The notes under the pieces are model-generated. The model searched no databases. It worked only from the letters and a program-made list of their open reading frames with translations, and was not told where the DNA came from. A stretch of 64,000 nt of DNA from NCBI GenBank assembly GCA_963716725.1, contig CAVQUB010000021.1, positions 64,001-128,000 of the forward strand, in the 5' to 3' direction. Source of the DNA: an uncultured delta proteobacterium (GTDB lineage: Bacteria > Myxococcota_A > Polyangia > Polyangiales > Polyangiaceae). The position numbers and the translations under genes were made by a program. Shown piece after piece: positions 42,557 to 52,448 of this stretch (its first letter is position 1; each line of letters starts with the position of its first letter).

Positions 42557-43117
42557 ATGACCGACGCGCGGCGCGCCTTTCGACCCGTGCTGCTGGCAGC
42601 GCTCGCGGCGGCTTGCGGCGGGGAAGAGCAGGCGCCCGATGCCTGCCCGGCGCCCGCTTGCCCCGTCGATACCGCCGGGCTGGATCTCTCGACGCCCGCG
42701 GTCGGCTTCACCGCCGAGGTACTGCCGCTCCTCCGCCGATCGTGCGGCCTGTCGAACTCGTGCCACGGGTCGGCGACCTCGAGCGCTGCCGACCTCTACT
42801 TGGGCCCCAAACGCAGCGACACCACCACGGTCATCGATCAAGCCCTTCGTCAGAAGATCATCGACGCAATCGTGGACGTTCCCTCCAAGACGGCGGCCGC
42901 GATGTCCCTGGTGAAACCCTCGGATCCGACCCAGAGTTTCCTGATGCTGAAGATGGACGGTTGTCACGTCGCGGCAGGCCTCGTGTGCACGCCCCAGCCG
43001 AAATCGAAATCCGGGGCTGCATGTGGCGACCGGATGCCACAGACCGCGTCGCCGCTCTGCGTGGAGGACCGCGACGTCATGCGTCGCTGGATCGCGCAAG
43101 GCGCTTCGAACGATTGA
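42557..43117 (+). CDS. lipoprotein, putative c-type cytochrome with atypical CX5CH motif
   Basis: Lipobox AAAC; EVLPLLRRSCGLSNSCHG; VKPSDPTQSFLMLK; CGDRMP; RRWIAQGA. Confidence 0.65.
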   Translation: MTDARRAFRPVLLAALAAACGGEEQAPDACPAPACPVDTAGLDLSTPAVGFTAEVLPLLRRSCGLSNSCHGSATSSAADLYLGPKRSDTTTVIDQALRQKIIDAIVDVPSKTAAAMSLVKPSDPTQSFLMLKMDGCHVAAGLVCTPQPKSKSGAACGDRMPQTASPLCVEDRDVMRRWIAQGASND

Positions 43118-43124
43118 GGGGACG

Positions 43125-43730
43125 ATGATCGGAAGACTCGCGGGCAGAGTGTTGGCTGAGGACGCGACCGGCATGCTGCTCGTCGATGTCGGTGGAGTGG
43201 GCTACGAGGTGTCGGCTCCGGTGGGCGCTCGCGGTCGGGCCCAGTCCAATGGCCCCGACCAGGTGGTGTTGTTCGTCCACACACACGTGCGCGAGGACGC
43301 CTTCGACCTCTTCGGGTTCGCCGCCGAAGAGGAGCGCAGGGTGTTCCGACTGCTGATCGGCGTACCCAACGTGGGACCGAGGACGGCCCTGGGGGTGCTC
43401 AGCGCAATCCCCTTCGACGAGCTGGCACGCGCCGTCGAGACCGGTGATGTCGCGCGGCTGACCCGGGTGCCCGGCATCGGCAAGAAGACAGCCGAACGCC
43501 TGGTGCTCGAGCTCAAAGAAAAAATGCCGAGCGCCGGGCTGAAGTCCGCGGGCCCCGAGCCGGCCCGCTCGCCGGCGTCGGACGACTCGCGAAAGCTGCA
43601 CTTTGCGCTCACGAACATGGGTTACCGGCCTGCGGAGGCCGAGCGAGCCTTGAAGGCCCTGGGCGACCGCGTGGGCCAGGACCCGCTCGCGGACTTGCTG
43701 CGCGACGCGCTCGCGGTACTGAACCCTTAA
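43125..43730 (+). CDS. ruvA: Holliday junction branch migration protein RuvA
   Basis: MIGRLAG, DVGGVGYEV, VREDAFDLFGF, GVPNVGPRTAL, VPGIGKKTAERLVLEL, ALTNMGY. Confidence 0.95.
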   Translation: MIGRLAGRVLAEDATGMLLVDVGGVGYEVSAPVGARGRAQSNGPDQVVLFVHTHVREDAFDLFGFAAEEERRVFRLLIGVPNVGPRTALGVLSAIPFDELARAVETGDVARLTRVPGIGKKTAERLVLELKEKMPSAGLKSAGPEPARSPASDDSRKLHFALTNMGYRPAEAERALKALGDRVGQDPLADLLRDALAVLNP

Positions 43731-43772
43731 CCGCGCTCTTTGGCCCCAGCGGCGCCCCACGTCCCACGATCC

Positions 43773-43800
43773 TTGACCCCCACGAGGGGGCGTGGATAAT
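43773..43800 (+). promoter_or_regulatory. sigma70-like promoter
   Basis: TTGACC-16-GATAAT, 65 nt upstream of the FHA gene. Confidence 0.5.
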
Positions 43801-43865
43801 CGCGCAGTTATTGCGAAAGTTGCGGCGCAGACGCCCCTACCACCGGCGCGCCGGGGAGCCCCTCA

Positions 43866-44942
43866 GTGATCACCTGTCCGAAGTGCAGCAAGGAAAACCA
43901 GGACCACTACAAGTTCTGCCTCGGTTGTGGTGCGGAGCTGCCGAGAGGCGCCGCCCCCAAGCCGTTCTCGCCGCAGACGCCGCCGCACGGGGTAGCGCAA
44001 CCCCCGCGCTCCGCGACGCCCGCAGTGGCGCCGACGCCGTCGGCACCCCCGCGACCCGGACCGGCACCGGTGCCCGTGCCCACCCCCACTGCGACACTCA
44101 CCCCCGCAGCCGCAGCCGCACCCACTCCCTCGGCCGCCCCCGCCGCGCCTTCGGGTACCGTCACCTGCCCGCAGTGCGCTCACCAGAACCAACCGGGCAA
44201 CCGCTTCTGCGCTTCCTGTGGCTACAACGTCGGTGCGCTCGCGGGGTCGGTCCCCGCCCCGCCCGCCGCGCCTGCCGCACCGACGGCTGCCGCTAGCGCG
44301 AGCGGACCGAGCGTGACGTTCACTGCGCTGCGCGCCGACGGCACCGAAGCAGGAACCTACAAGCTCCCGGATGCGCCCACGCTCACCGTCGGCCGCGACA
44401 CAGGCTCGATCTTCGCCGGCGACAGCTATCTCTCGCCGCGACACGCGACGTTCAGCCGACGCAATAGCCAGCTCTTCGTCAAAGACGAGAACTCGCTCAA
44501 CGGCGTGTACCTCAAGGTCAAGCCCAACGAACCCTGGCCCCTCGAGTACAACGACATCTTCCGCATCGGACAGGAGATCGTGCGCCTCGAGGAGCTGAAG
44601 GCGGTCGGCGCGGCCCCTGACGGCGTCGAGCGCTTCGGCAGCCCGGCCAAGGGTTACATCGGGCGTCTTTCGCTGATGATCGGCCGAGATACGACCGGAA
44701 ATGCCTTCCCGATCCCGGAGCGCGGCGTGCACTTGGGCCGCGAGCGCGGTGATGTCCTCTTCTCGGAAGACGGCTACGTCTCGGGTCTGCACTGCCGCAT
44801 CGCGCGGGCGGCGGACGGCAAGATGCACCTCACCGACGTGGGGAGTTCGAACGGCACCTTCGTGCGCCTGGGCAAGGAACAACTCGTCCAGCGCGGCGAC
44901 GTGCTCTTGATGGGTCAACAGCTGTTCCGCGTCGATTTCTGA
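43866..44942 (+). CDS. zinc-ribbon + dual FHA domain protein
   Basis: CPKC..N....KFCLGCG and CPQC..N....RFCASCG; FHA motifs VGR..SPRH..SLNG and LGR..VSGLH..SSNGT. Confidence 0.9.
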   Translation: MITCPKCSKENQDHYKFCLGCGAELPRGAAPKPFSPQTPPHGVAQPPRSATPAVAPTPSAPPRPGPAPVPVPTPTATLTPAAAAAPTPSAAPAAPSGTVTCPQCAHQNQPGNRFCASCGYNVGALAGSVPAPPAAPAAPTAAASASGPSVTFTALRADGTEAGTYKLPDAPTLTVGRDTGSIFAGDSYLSPRHATFSRRNSQLFVKDENSLNGVYLKVKPNEPWPLEYNDIFRIGQEIVRLEELKAVGAAPDGVERFGSPAKGYIGRLSLMIGRDTTGNAFPIPERGVHLGRERGDVLFSEDGYVSGLHCRIARAADGKMHLTDVGSSNGTFVRLGKEQLVQRGDVLLMGQQLFRVDF

Positions 44943-44953
44943 GGCCGGGCACC

Positions 44954-45352
44954 ATGTCTGGCCCTCGAACGATACGAGTCGTTGCCGCCGTCATCGAACG
45001 CGGTGGGGATTATCTGATCACGCAGCGGCGGCCCTCCGCCGTCCTCCCCCTGCTCTGGGAGTTCCCCGGCGGCCGCGTGGAGGATGGCGAGACTGACGCC
45101 GACGCCTTGCGGCGCGAGGTGAAGCACCGCTTGGGCGTCGAGGTCCAGCCCGGCCAGCTGATCAGCTTCGTGAGCCATCCCTACGAGCACTACACGGTCG
45201 ACCTGTACCTGTACGAGTGTCGGATAGCCGCTGGCGAGCCGAAGGAGCTCAACGTACACTCGTTCAAGTGGGTGACGAGCGGCGACTTCGACCAATATCC
45301 GTTCACGCCTGCCGACGAGCTGTCGATGAACAAGCTGCTCGGCCTCGGCTGA
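44954..45352 (+). CDS. MutT/NUDIX family pyrophosphohydrolase
   Basis: WEFPGGRVEDGETDADALRREV Nudix box; FTPAD. Confidence 0.9.
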   Translation: MSGPRTIRVVAAVIERGGDYLITQRRPSAVLPLLWEFPGGRVEDGETDADALRREVKHRLGVEVQPGQLISFVSHPYEHYTVDLYLYECRIAAGEPKELNVHSFKWVTSGDFDQYPFTPADELSMNKLLGLG

Positions 45353-45957
45353 ACCGCATCGCCGCGCTCGTGGCCGTGGTGGCAGTCGCCACTCCCTTGC
45401 GCGCGCAGTCCCCCACGGCACCGCCGACGCCCGCGCCCTTTGGACCTGGAGCCCGGCTCGCGGTGGTCAGCGAGGGCAAGCCGGTCAACGTGTTCGTTGC
45501 GCGACTCGATCCAAGGGCAGCAGAGCCCCCGCCCGACAGCAGCTTCGTCAAGCTCGGCAAGACCCCGCTGGCGGTCGATCTGCCCCAAGGCAGCTACCGC
45601 ATCGAGGTCGAAGGCGTGGATATCTCCAACGAATCTCTGCTCTTCGAGATGCGGAACGAAGCTCGGTCAATCAGGGTCCGCACCGGCTCCGAGGGGCTCT
45701 CGACCACCGGCACGCTCTTCATGGGCATCGGCCTGCTCGGCATCGTCGGTGCGACGGCCATCCTCGCCTCCGGTTCGAAGGCCCCGAGCAAGCTCGACAA
45801 GGCCAGCGTGCTGATCCCGATGTACGCGGCCGGCGCGGTTTGCTTCGGCGGTGGCCTCGCCATGAGCTACGTGGGCAGCACCAAGCTCGAAGCCAGCCCA
45901 CCGGCCCGGACCGGTCCGGTCGGGGGCGCTTGGCTCGCCCTGCGCGCTTCGTTCTGA
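45349..45957 (+). CDS. PEGA-like protein with C-terminal hydrophobic hairpin
   Basis: GKTPL.VDLPQGSYRIEV; two hydrophobic segments; ends AWLALRASF; start uncertain. Confidence 0.6.
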   Translation: MNRIAALVAVVAVATPLRAQSPTAPPTPAPFGPGARLAVVSEGKPVNVFVARLDPRAAEPPPDSSFVKLGKTPLAVDLPQGSYRIEVEGVDISNESLLFEMRNEARSIRVRTGSEGLSTTGTLFMGIGLLGIVGATAILASGSKAPSKLDKASVLIPMYAAGAVCFGGGLAMSYVGSTKLEASPPARTGPVGGAWLALRASF

Positions 45958-46014
45958 GCGCACCGCCGACGCTCACGACGCGCAACCCGGCGACCGTGCG
46001 CCCGATGAGCGAGC

Positions 46015-46746
46015 ATGACTGTCCTGGGCCAGGCGTGGACCTGCCTCCTCGATCTCGTCGCGCCACGCGATTGCCCCGCGTGCGGGCAGGACGCCGGGCG
46101 GAGCCTCTGCGTGGCGTGTCACCGATTGCTCGAACCAGCACCGACTCGCGACCTCGACGGCATCCCAGTGGTCGGCGCCGCGCTCTTCTTGGCGCCGCTC
46201 GACGGGGCGGTGCACCGCTTCAAGTACCAGTCTCGTCCCGACCTGGCTGCACCGCTCGCGGCGCTGTTCACTCGGGCCGACCTCGGGCGACTCGGTGCGG
46301 ACCCGCGTTCCCTCTTCGTCCCGGTACCGCTCCACCGGACCCGGCTCGCCGAGCGCGGCTACGACCAGTCGGCGCTGCTTGCGGGGGCCCTGGCGCGAGC
46401 ACGCGGGAGGCGCACCTGCGCCCGGGCACTCTGGCGCACCCGTATGACTCAGCAGCAAGCCCGACTCGACGCGCGCGCTCGATGGGACAACGTGATCGGC
46501 GCGTTCGAGCCCAACCCGAAGGTCAGCCTGGCGGGACTCCCGGTCGTCTTGGTCGACGACGTGGTCACCACCGGCGCCACCGCGAGGGAGTGCGCCGGCG
46601 TGCTCGGTCGAGCCGGCGCGCACGTGACGGCCATCGCATGCATCGCGCTCACCCCTCACGGATCATCCAGGAATCTTGCTCCCCCGCGCGATCCCAGCGC
46701 TCCGGAATTGATGCAGCAGTCGGAAAATGGGAAACCGCTCGCGTGA
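46015..46746 (+). CDS. comF: ComF family phosphoribosyltransferase-like protein
   Basis: CPAC..LCVAC zinc ribbon, PVPLH..RLAERGYDQ, LVDDVVTTGAT. Confidence 0.9.
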   Translation: MTVLGQAWTCLLDLVAPRDCPACGQDAGRSLCVACHRLLEPAPTRDLDGIPVVGAALFLAPLDGAVHRFKYQSRPDLAAPLAALFTRADLGRLGADPRSLFVPVPLHRTRLAERGYDQSALLAGALARARGRRTCARALWRTRMTQQQARLDARARWDNVIGAFEPNPKVSLAGLPVVLVDDVVTTGATARECAGVLGRAGAHVTAIACIALTPHGSSRNLAPPRDPSAPELMQQSENGKPLA

Positions 46747-48650
46747 GCGACGACGAAGCCGAGAGCTGGCACTGGGCCGACGCCGACGGCGTGATCAGCA
46801 TCGTGGACGATTGGGAGCTCGTGTCTTCGCTCTCGACCGGGTCGCTCCCGCACTACACGCTGGTTTGGCGCATCGGCTGGAAGCAGTGGCTGCCCGCCTG
46901 CAAGGTCGCCGAGCTCTCGACCAGTCTTCCGAAGAGCAAGCTGGAGCAGCCTGTCGATCCCGGCTCGGATCCACTGCTCACCGAGCCACCCGCGCCACCC
47001 GTCGATCGCTACCAGGCGTACAAGACCCGAGAGGCCGCGGCGATGCTCCTCGGATCGAGCTCGAAACCCGCGGCGAGGGTGCCCGTCGCGCCGCCGACCG
47101 GAAGGCCTCCGAGTCTGGTTCCGACGCCACCGCCACCGCCCATCGCGGCGCGGCCCGCCCAGCCAACGCTGGTCGAAGTGAATCCGATTCAAGCGACGGC
47201 GACGTTGCGCCCACCGGGCGCGGTCCCGCCTCCACCGCCCGCCGTCCCCTTGCCGACTCCCTTCACGGCTCCGGTAGCGCCGCTCATTCGCGAAAAGATC
47301 GTCGAAGAGCCGGCGCCGATTTCCGTCGAAGCTCCGACGAATCCCCACGCTTCGCCCGCCGCGGTCGCCTCGCCCGAGAGCGCGCCGCTGCCCTCATGGA
47401 GCGAAGACCTCGACGCGGAGGTGCGCGCGAACATGCGCCCCGCGCGCGGCAAAATGCAGCCGTCGGCCTATGCGCCGCCCCCACCGCTGGCAAATGCCAC
47501 AAGGCCCGCGGTCCGATCCAGCAGCGGTTGGGTGATCGGCCTCGTGGCTATCGGTGGCGTCGGATTGCTCGGCGCCAGCGTGGTGGCCTGGCTGGCGCTT
47601 CGGCCAGGCAAAGCCCCGGCGCCCAGCCTGAGCGCGAGCGGCTCCGCCGGCGGCGCCACCGACAAGACGCCGGTGCGGGCGTGTCGGCTCGACAGGGCCG
47701 CCGCCCGCCTGTCGACGGCGATCAACCCCGCGGTCGCGCCGGTTGTCGCGGCCACTCCGGCGGGAGGCAAGTTCGCCATCGGCTTTGCGGCCAGTGACCG
47801 AGAAGCCGAGGGCATCACCGTCGACGCGTCGACGTTGGCCGTGGAGCGACCGTTTCGCGAGAGCACCCGGCGCGACGTCACCAGCGTGGTCCCGCTGACC
47901 GCCGGCGGAAATCTGTCCTTCGCGGTCGATCAGGACGAGCCTGAGTTTCGCTCGGCACGCACAATCGACGTGAGGGGCCCGTGGACGCTGGGCTGGACCG
48001 CCGAGGGGCTTGCCCGCCGGGCGGGCTCGGGCGCTCCGACGACGCTCTGGACGACACCCAGCGACAAGGCCACGGATCCGAAGGTGGCCGCGCTCCCAAG
48101 TGGGGGCTTCGCCGTCACGGCGCGGCGCGGCGGGCAGAGCGGCACGGTGCTCGTCGGGCTTCTGGGCGCCAGCGGCGAGCAGCAGGGGCCGGTGGTCGAC
48201 GTGAGCGCGAAGCCCCAGGTCGGCTCACCGGCGATCGCGGCCAGCGACCGGGGGGTACTGGTGGCCTTCGCGGGGCGGCCTACCGACGAATCCTACTGGA
48301 CTCTCCAGGTCGGGACCGCCCCGGCGGGCGCGCTGCCCACCAAGGCCGATGGCTTTGCCACCCCCCCCGGGGGGCTCGGGGCCGACGCCATTTCCCCGGC
48401 AGTCGAAGGGGTTTCGAACGGGCGCTGGCTCTTGCAGTGGACCGAGGGGGCGCCCGGACAGCGCCAAGTCCGCATCCAAACCCTTGGCTTCGACCTGGTT
48501 CCCGTGGGAGATCCCATCAATCTGTCACCCGAAGCGCTCAACGCCGGCCAAGGCGTAGTAGTTGTCCAGGGCGACCAGGCGATCTCGCTATTCTTGGTGA
48601 AAAAAGGCAAGGCCCACGAGCTTTGGGGAGCAACGCTTTCATGTCCGTGA
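46743..48650 (+). CDS. GYF_2-domain membrane protein with Pro-rich linker and periplasmic beta domain
   Basis: GTGA overlap; WHW...TLVWRIGWKQWLP (GYF_2-like); single TM segment. Confidence 0.75.
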   Translation: MSDDEAESWHWADADGVISIVDDWELVSSLSTGSLPHYTLVWRIGWKQWLPACKVAELSTSLPKSKLEQPVDPGSDPLLTEPPAPPVDRYQAYKTREAAAMLLGSSSKPAARVPVAPPTGRPPSLVPTPPPPPIAARPAQPTLVEVNPIQATATLRPPGAVPPPPPAVPLPTPFTAPVAPLIREKIVEEPAPISVEAPTNPHASPAAVASPESAPLPSWSEDLDAEVRANMRPARGKMQPSAYAPPPPLANATRPAVRSSSGWVIGLVAIGGVGLLGASVVAWLALRPGKAPAPSLSASGSAGGATDKTPVRACRLDRAAARLSTAINPAVAPVVAATPAGGKFAIGFAASDREAEGITVDASTLAVERPFRESTRRDVTSVVPLTAGGNLSFAVDQDEPEFRSARTIDVRGPWTLGWTAEGLARRAGSGAPTTLWTTPSDKATDPKVAALPSGGFAVTARRGGQSGTVLVGLLGASGEQQGPVVDVSAKPQVGSPAIAASDRGVLVAFAGRPTDESYWTLQVGTAPAGALPTKADGFATPPGGLGADAISPAVEGVSNGRWLLQWTEGAPGQRQVRIQTLGFDLVPVGDPINLSPEALNAGQGVVVVQGDQAISLFLVKKGKAHELWGATLSCP

Positions 48651-49570
48651 CCAACCGTATCCTCCGAACCGCCCACGCAGTCACCCTCAGCGCGAGCGTG
48701 AGCTTCATCCCTCTGACCGCGGCCGGTCTGGTGGTCTGTGCCACGGGCTGTTCCATCCTGGGCAGCCCCGGACCGTCTGCCGTTTCGCAGGGGCAGAAGT
48801 ACCAAAGCGGCGATCCGACCTTCGACGAGTTTTTCGGCAACCTCTACGACATGCAGGTGGAGCTCGCGCAGTCGCCCGCCTCTGAAAAAGAGATCCGCGA
48901 AGAGCTCGCCAAGAAGGTGAAGCTCGACGAAGGCGCCTCGGCCAGCATGCTCGGCAAGAAGCTCGGGAAGAAGACCGAAGAGTTCGCCACCGCCGGCACC
49001 GGCCTCAAGATGGAGGTCGAAGGGCTCGACGGCGATGACGACCCAAAGGTGACGCTCTCGGTGAAGGGCAAGGAGCTCCAGGGCGACGACAAGTCGCTGG
49101 TTGGGGCCATGGAAGCAGCGGTCAAGAGCGCAACGAAGCTCCACGTGCGGATGAAGAAGATCAAGAAGGCGCTGGATCAGGCTACAGGCCAGATCCTCGC
49201 CCTCGAAGGGACTGTGGACGCGGCCTTCCGCAAGGGCGGCCCCAGGAAGAAGGCGGAAGCCCGCAAGAACCTGGACGATGCCAAGAAGCTGGTCCCCCTG
49301 ATGGGCGCGCGCGCGGAAGAGATCGCCGAAGCCGCGAAGAGCACGGCAAAGAAGGTCTCCGAAGCCGCCCAGACCGACACAGGGCAGTTCGACGCGCCGA
49401 CGCCCCCAGTCGAGCCGCCGCCGACGGAACCCGACCCCGAGAAGCCCACGGACAAGAAGCCCGCGGACAAGAAGCCCGCGGACAAGAAGCCCGCGGACAA
49501 GAAGCCTGCGGACAAGCCCGCGGACAAACCGGTGGACAAGCCCAAGCCGCCCAGCGACTTCGAGCCCTGA
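48641..49570 (+). CDS. helical lipoprotein with DKKPA-repeat tail
   Basis: Lipobox ATGC; Lys/Glu-rich helices; DKKPA-like repeats before DFEP. Confidence 0.75.
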   Translation: MSVTNRILRTAHAVTLSASVSFIPLTAAGLVVCATGCSILGSPGPSAVSQGQKYQSGDPTFDEFFGNLYDMQVELAQSPASEKEIREELAKKVKLDEGASASMLGKKLGKKTEEFATAGTGLKMEVEGLDGDDDPKVTLSVKGKELQGDDKSLVGAMEAAVKSATKLHVRMKKIKKALDQATGQILALEGTVDAAFRKGGPRKKAEARKNLDDAKKLVPLMGARAEEIAEAAKSTAKKVSEAAQTDTGQFDAPTPPVEPPPTEPDPEKPTDKKPADKKPADKKPADKKPADKPADKPVDKPKPPSDFEP

Positions 49571-49581
49571 AACCGGGGGAT

Positions 49582-50928
49582 TCAGTTGACGCTTTTGATG
49601 GCGTCGAGGAAGGGCTGCGCTGCCACGAAGTCCGTGCAGCGTACCGCCTCGGCGCCCCGCGAGTCGTAGACCAACACCGTGGGCAGTCCCACGACCTTGT
49701 GCTCTTTCATGGTCGCGGTGACCACGGGGTCCTCGTCGTCCGTCGCGTCCACTTTGACGGCGACGAACCGACCGGCCTCGCGTGCAACGCCGTCTTCGCT
49801 GAAGGTGTGCTTGTCGAGCTCCTTGCACGCGCCGCACCACGCCGCGGTGAAGTCCAGCAGCAGCGGGCGCTTCTCGGCGGCTGCTTTGGTGCGCGCCTCC
49901 GCGACGCTGATGCTCTCCCAAGCCAGGGTGCGCGAAGGCTTCGACACACCCGCGATGAACGCGAAGCCACCGAGGCAGACGAGCAAGATCCCTAGGCCCT
50001 TTCGGCCCTTCACGCCCGGGCCAGGCTCCTCGAACGACCGGTGGACTGCCCCGAGGAGCAGACCGACTAGCGCCGCGGCCGCCGCCACCGCCAAGAACGT
50101 CGTGGTCGGACGCGCGAACTTCGTGAGCGCTGGGAAGGCCGACCCCAGGAACCACAGCGCAACCACGACCAAGACGATGCCCAAGACCGACTTGACGTGG
50201 ACCATCCAACGGCCGCTCTTCGGAAGCTGGACGGCGAAGGCCCCAACCAGGAAGAAGGGCGCGCCAAGGCCGAGGGCAAACGCGGCCATCGCCAGCGCAC
50301 CGAGCGCGGCGCTCTGGGTCTTGGCGATCCAGGTCAGGATCCCCGTCAGCACCGGTCCGGTGCAGGGCGCGGCGATCACGCCGCAGACCAGACCGAGCAC
50401 GAAGGCTCCTTTGAGCCCGATCCCTCCCACGGTGGCCAGCTTGTTGGTCAGCGCGGATGGGAGGGTGAACTCGAAGGCTCCAAACATGCTGGCCGCCATC
50501 GCGAGAAAGAGCATGCTGATGACCACGATCACCCACTTGCTCTGGAGCACGGCACCGAACATCCCGCCGGTGAGCCCCGCGGCCAGGCCGAGCGGGACGA
50601 ACATCGCGACGATGCCCAGCACGAAGGCCAGCGACAACAGAACCCCCTGGGCTCGGCTCCTCGCTTCTTTCGCGCCGAACACGCTGACCGTCACGGCGAT
50701 CATCGGGTAGACACACGGCGTCAGGCTCACCAGCAGGCCACCCAACAGCGCGGCAAGCGCCGCGTACAGCGGCCCCTTCTGCAGCGCGCGGGTGAAGGCA
50801 TCGCCTCCGCCGCCGCTCGCCGCGTCGCCAGCCACTGTGCAAACGTTGCCCGAAGCCTCGGCCCCCAATGACCAGGCCGAGAGCACCATCAGTACGACCA
50901 TGAATGGGATCCAGCGGAAGCGTGTCAT
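49582..50928 (-). CDS. DsbD/CcdA-family thiol:disulfide interchange protein with thioredoxin domain
   Basis: SLTPCVYPM, AAPCTGP, DFTAAWCGACK, VGLPT. Confidence 0.92.
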   Translation of the reverse strand: MTRFRWIPFMVVLMVLSAWSLGAEASGNVCTVAGDAASGGGGDAFTRALQKGPLYAALAALLGGLLVSLTPCVYPMIAVTVSVFGAKEARSRAQGVLLSLAFVLGIVAMFVPLGLAAGLTGGMFGAVLQSKWVIVVISMLFLAMAASMFGAFEFTLPSALTNKLATVGGIGLKGAFVLGLVCGVIAAPCTGPVLTGILTWIAKTQSAALGALAMAAFALGLGAPFFLVGAFAVQLPKSGRWMVHVKSVLGIVLVVVALWFLGSAFPALTKFARPTTTFLAVAAAAALVGLLLGAVHRSFEEPGPGVKGRKGLGILLVCLGGFAFIAGVSKPSRTLAWESISVAEARTKAAAEKRPLLLDFTAAWCGACKELDKHTFSEDGVAREAGRFVAVKVDATDDEDPVVTATMKEHKVVGLPTVLVYDSRGAEAVRCTDFVAAQPFLDAIKSVN

Positions 50929-51017
50929 CGAGTGTCGCTATTGTAGTTCCGAGCCCGCCCCGTGTGGAGGGTCAGCCCGCTGCCCGGCCCGACGAAGGCC
51001 GGCGCGAAGCCCCTCGC

Positions 51018-51776
51018 TCAGGCCTTCTTACGAGGGATCCGGGCCAAGAGGCGCCGCGCGCGGGCAATTTCTCCGTTCAACGCCACCGCCAGCGCCACCC
51101 GGCCGCCCGTGGATCGCTGGACGAACGCCCGCAAGTACCGCCGAGCCTCCTCGAAATCGCCCTCGTGAAAAGCCAGCTCGCCCAGCACGAACTGCCCGTA
51201 GCCCTGTCCGCAGGCAGCGTCTGCGAGGCGTTCCCTCATCGCGTTGACCGCATCGGCCTCGACCACCTCGCCGCCCGCCATCCGCGAGAGGGCCAGCTGC
51301 GCCTGATAGAGCGGCCGATTGGTCGTGCCCCAGCGCGACGCGCGGGACAGCGCACCCGCCGCCTCGCGATAGCGACCCGCGAGATAGAGCACGCTGCCCA
51401 GGGTCCACAGGTGGAAGGCGCGGCGGGACGGCGGGCTCACGCGACTGGCGAGACGGAGATGCGAAACCGCGCCCTCGTGGTCACCGACGCCGAGGCAGGC
51501 GCGGGCCGCGTCTTGGCGCGCCACGTCGGGCATCACGTCGAGGGATACGATCTCCAGGGCGACGGTCAGCGCTTGATCGAAGCGCTTGGCCTCCATATGA
51601 GACAGGTACAGCTGCCGGAGCAGCATCGCGCGGGTGGTTCGGCTGATCCGGCCACCGCGATCGAGCGCCCGCAACGCGTACTTGGCCCGGAGGCCGGACG
51701 TGCGTGCGAGCGTTGCCTTTCGGAGGAGCAGCTCGGGCGTAGCGGCTTCTGCCGCTGCCGCGCGCGTTCTGGACAT
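51018..51776 (-). CDS. TPR-like hypothetical protein
   Basis: Helical repeats (LGSVLYLAGRYREA, LGELAFHEGDFEEARRYL); TAGTCT 9 nt upstream of ATG. Confidence 0.7.
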   Translation of the reverse strand: MSRTRAAAAEAATPELLLRKATLARTSGLRAKYALRALDRGGRISRTTRAMLLRQLYLSHMEAKRFDQALTVALEIVSLDVMPDVARQDAARACLGVGDHEGAVSHLRLASRVSPPSRRAFHLWTLGSVLYLAGRYREAAGALSRASRWGTTNRPLYQAQLALSRMAGGEVVEADAVNAMRERLADAACGQGYGQFVLGELAFHEGDFEEARRYLRAFVQRSTGGRVALAVALNGEIARARRLLARIPRKKA

Positions 51777-51864
51777 CTGCCACCAAGACTAGCAAGCCCT
51801 GCACACTCGTCCAGATTTCTGAGGCGCCTTTGAAAGTCGGAGGCTTCGGGATAAAGCCATTCTC

Positions 51865-52167
51865 ATGAGCTCGCCGGCCTTCCGACTCGCTGCCGCGGCA
51901 GCCTGGGCCCTGACGGCGTTCGGCTGCGGGCACCCCGCCACCGAGTCGGAGTGCGAGGAAATCGTCGAGCGGGTGGCGCGCCTCGAGCTCGAGAAGAAGT
52001 ACCCCCAGAGCCCTGATTCGGTGCGGGAGGAAATCGAGGCCACGAAGAAGAGCGTGCGGGGGTCCATGCTCAAAGAGTGCGTCGGGAGACGCATCACCAC
52101 GAAAGCCATGCAATGCGTACGCAGCGCGAAGACCAGCAAGGAGGTGGTGGAGAGTTGCTTCGACTGA
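51865..52167 (+). CDS. small Cys-containing lipoprotein, paralogue 1
   Basis: Lipobox AFGC; C..I.....C......C...A.....C pattern. Confidence 0.75.
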   Translation: MSSPAFRLAAAAAWALTAFGCGHPATESECEEIVERVARLELEKKYPQSPDSVREEIEATKKSVRGSMLKECVGRRITTKAMQCVRSAKTSKEVVESCFD

Positions 52168-52448
52168 GCGGGACCGCCTGGATCTGCCTCAGCCTGCTCT
52201 CGAGCTGCGGCAAGCCCCTCGCCCCTGCGGAGTGCAATCAACTCCTCGACCACTACACCGAGCTCCTGGTCCGGCAAGACAATCGCACGATCAGCGACGA
52301 GGAAGTCGACCGCAGCAAGGCCGGTGCGCGCCTGAAGGCGGCCGGCTCGCACGAATTCGCCAGGTGCAGCTCCAAGGTCTCACGCCGCCAGTGGGACTGC
52401 GCCATGAGGGCCCCCAGCGTGGACGAGGTCGAGCGATGTCTGCTGTGA
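52155..52448 (+). CDS. small Cys-containing lipoprotein, paralogue 2
   Basis: TTG at 52155 after GGAG; LSSC lipobox; same 4-Cys spacing as paralogue 1. Confidence 0.7.
   Translation: MLRLSGTAWICLSLLSSCGKPLAPAECNQLLDHYTELLVRQDNRTISDEEVDRSKAGARLKAAGSHEFARCSSKVSRRQWDCAMRAPSVDEVERCLL

Noticed and set aside
48293..50842. 849-aa minus-strand ORF
   Set aside because: Alternative frame of the DsbD gene plus the antisense of the upstream lipoprotein; Arg-rich with no motifs.
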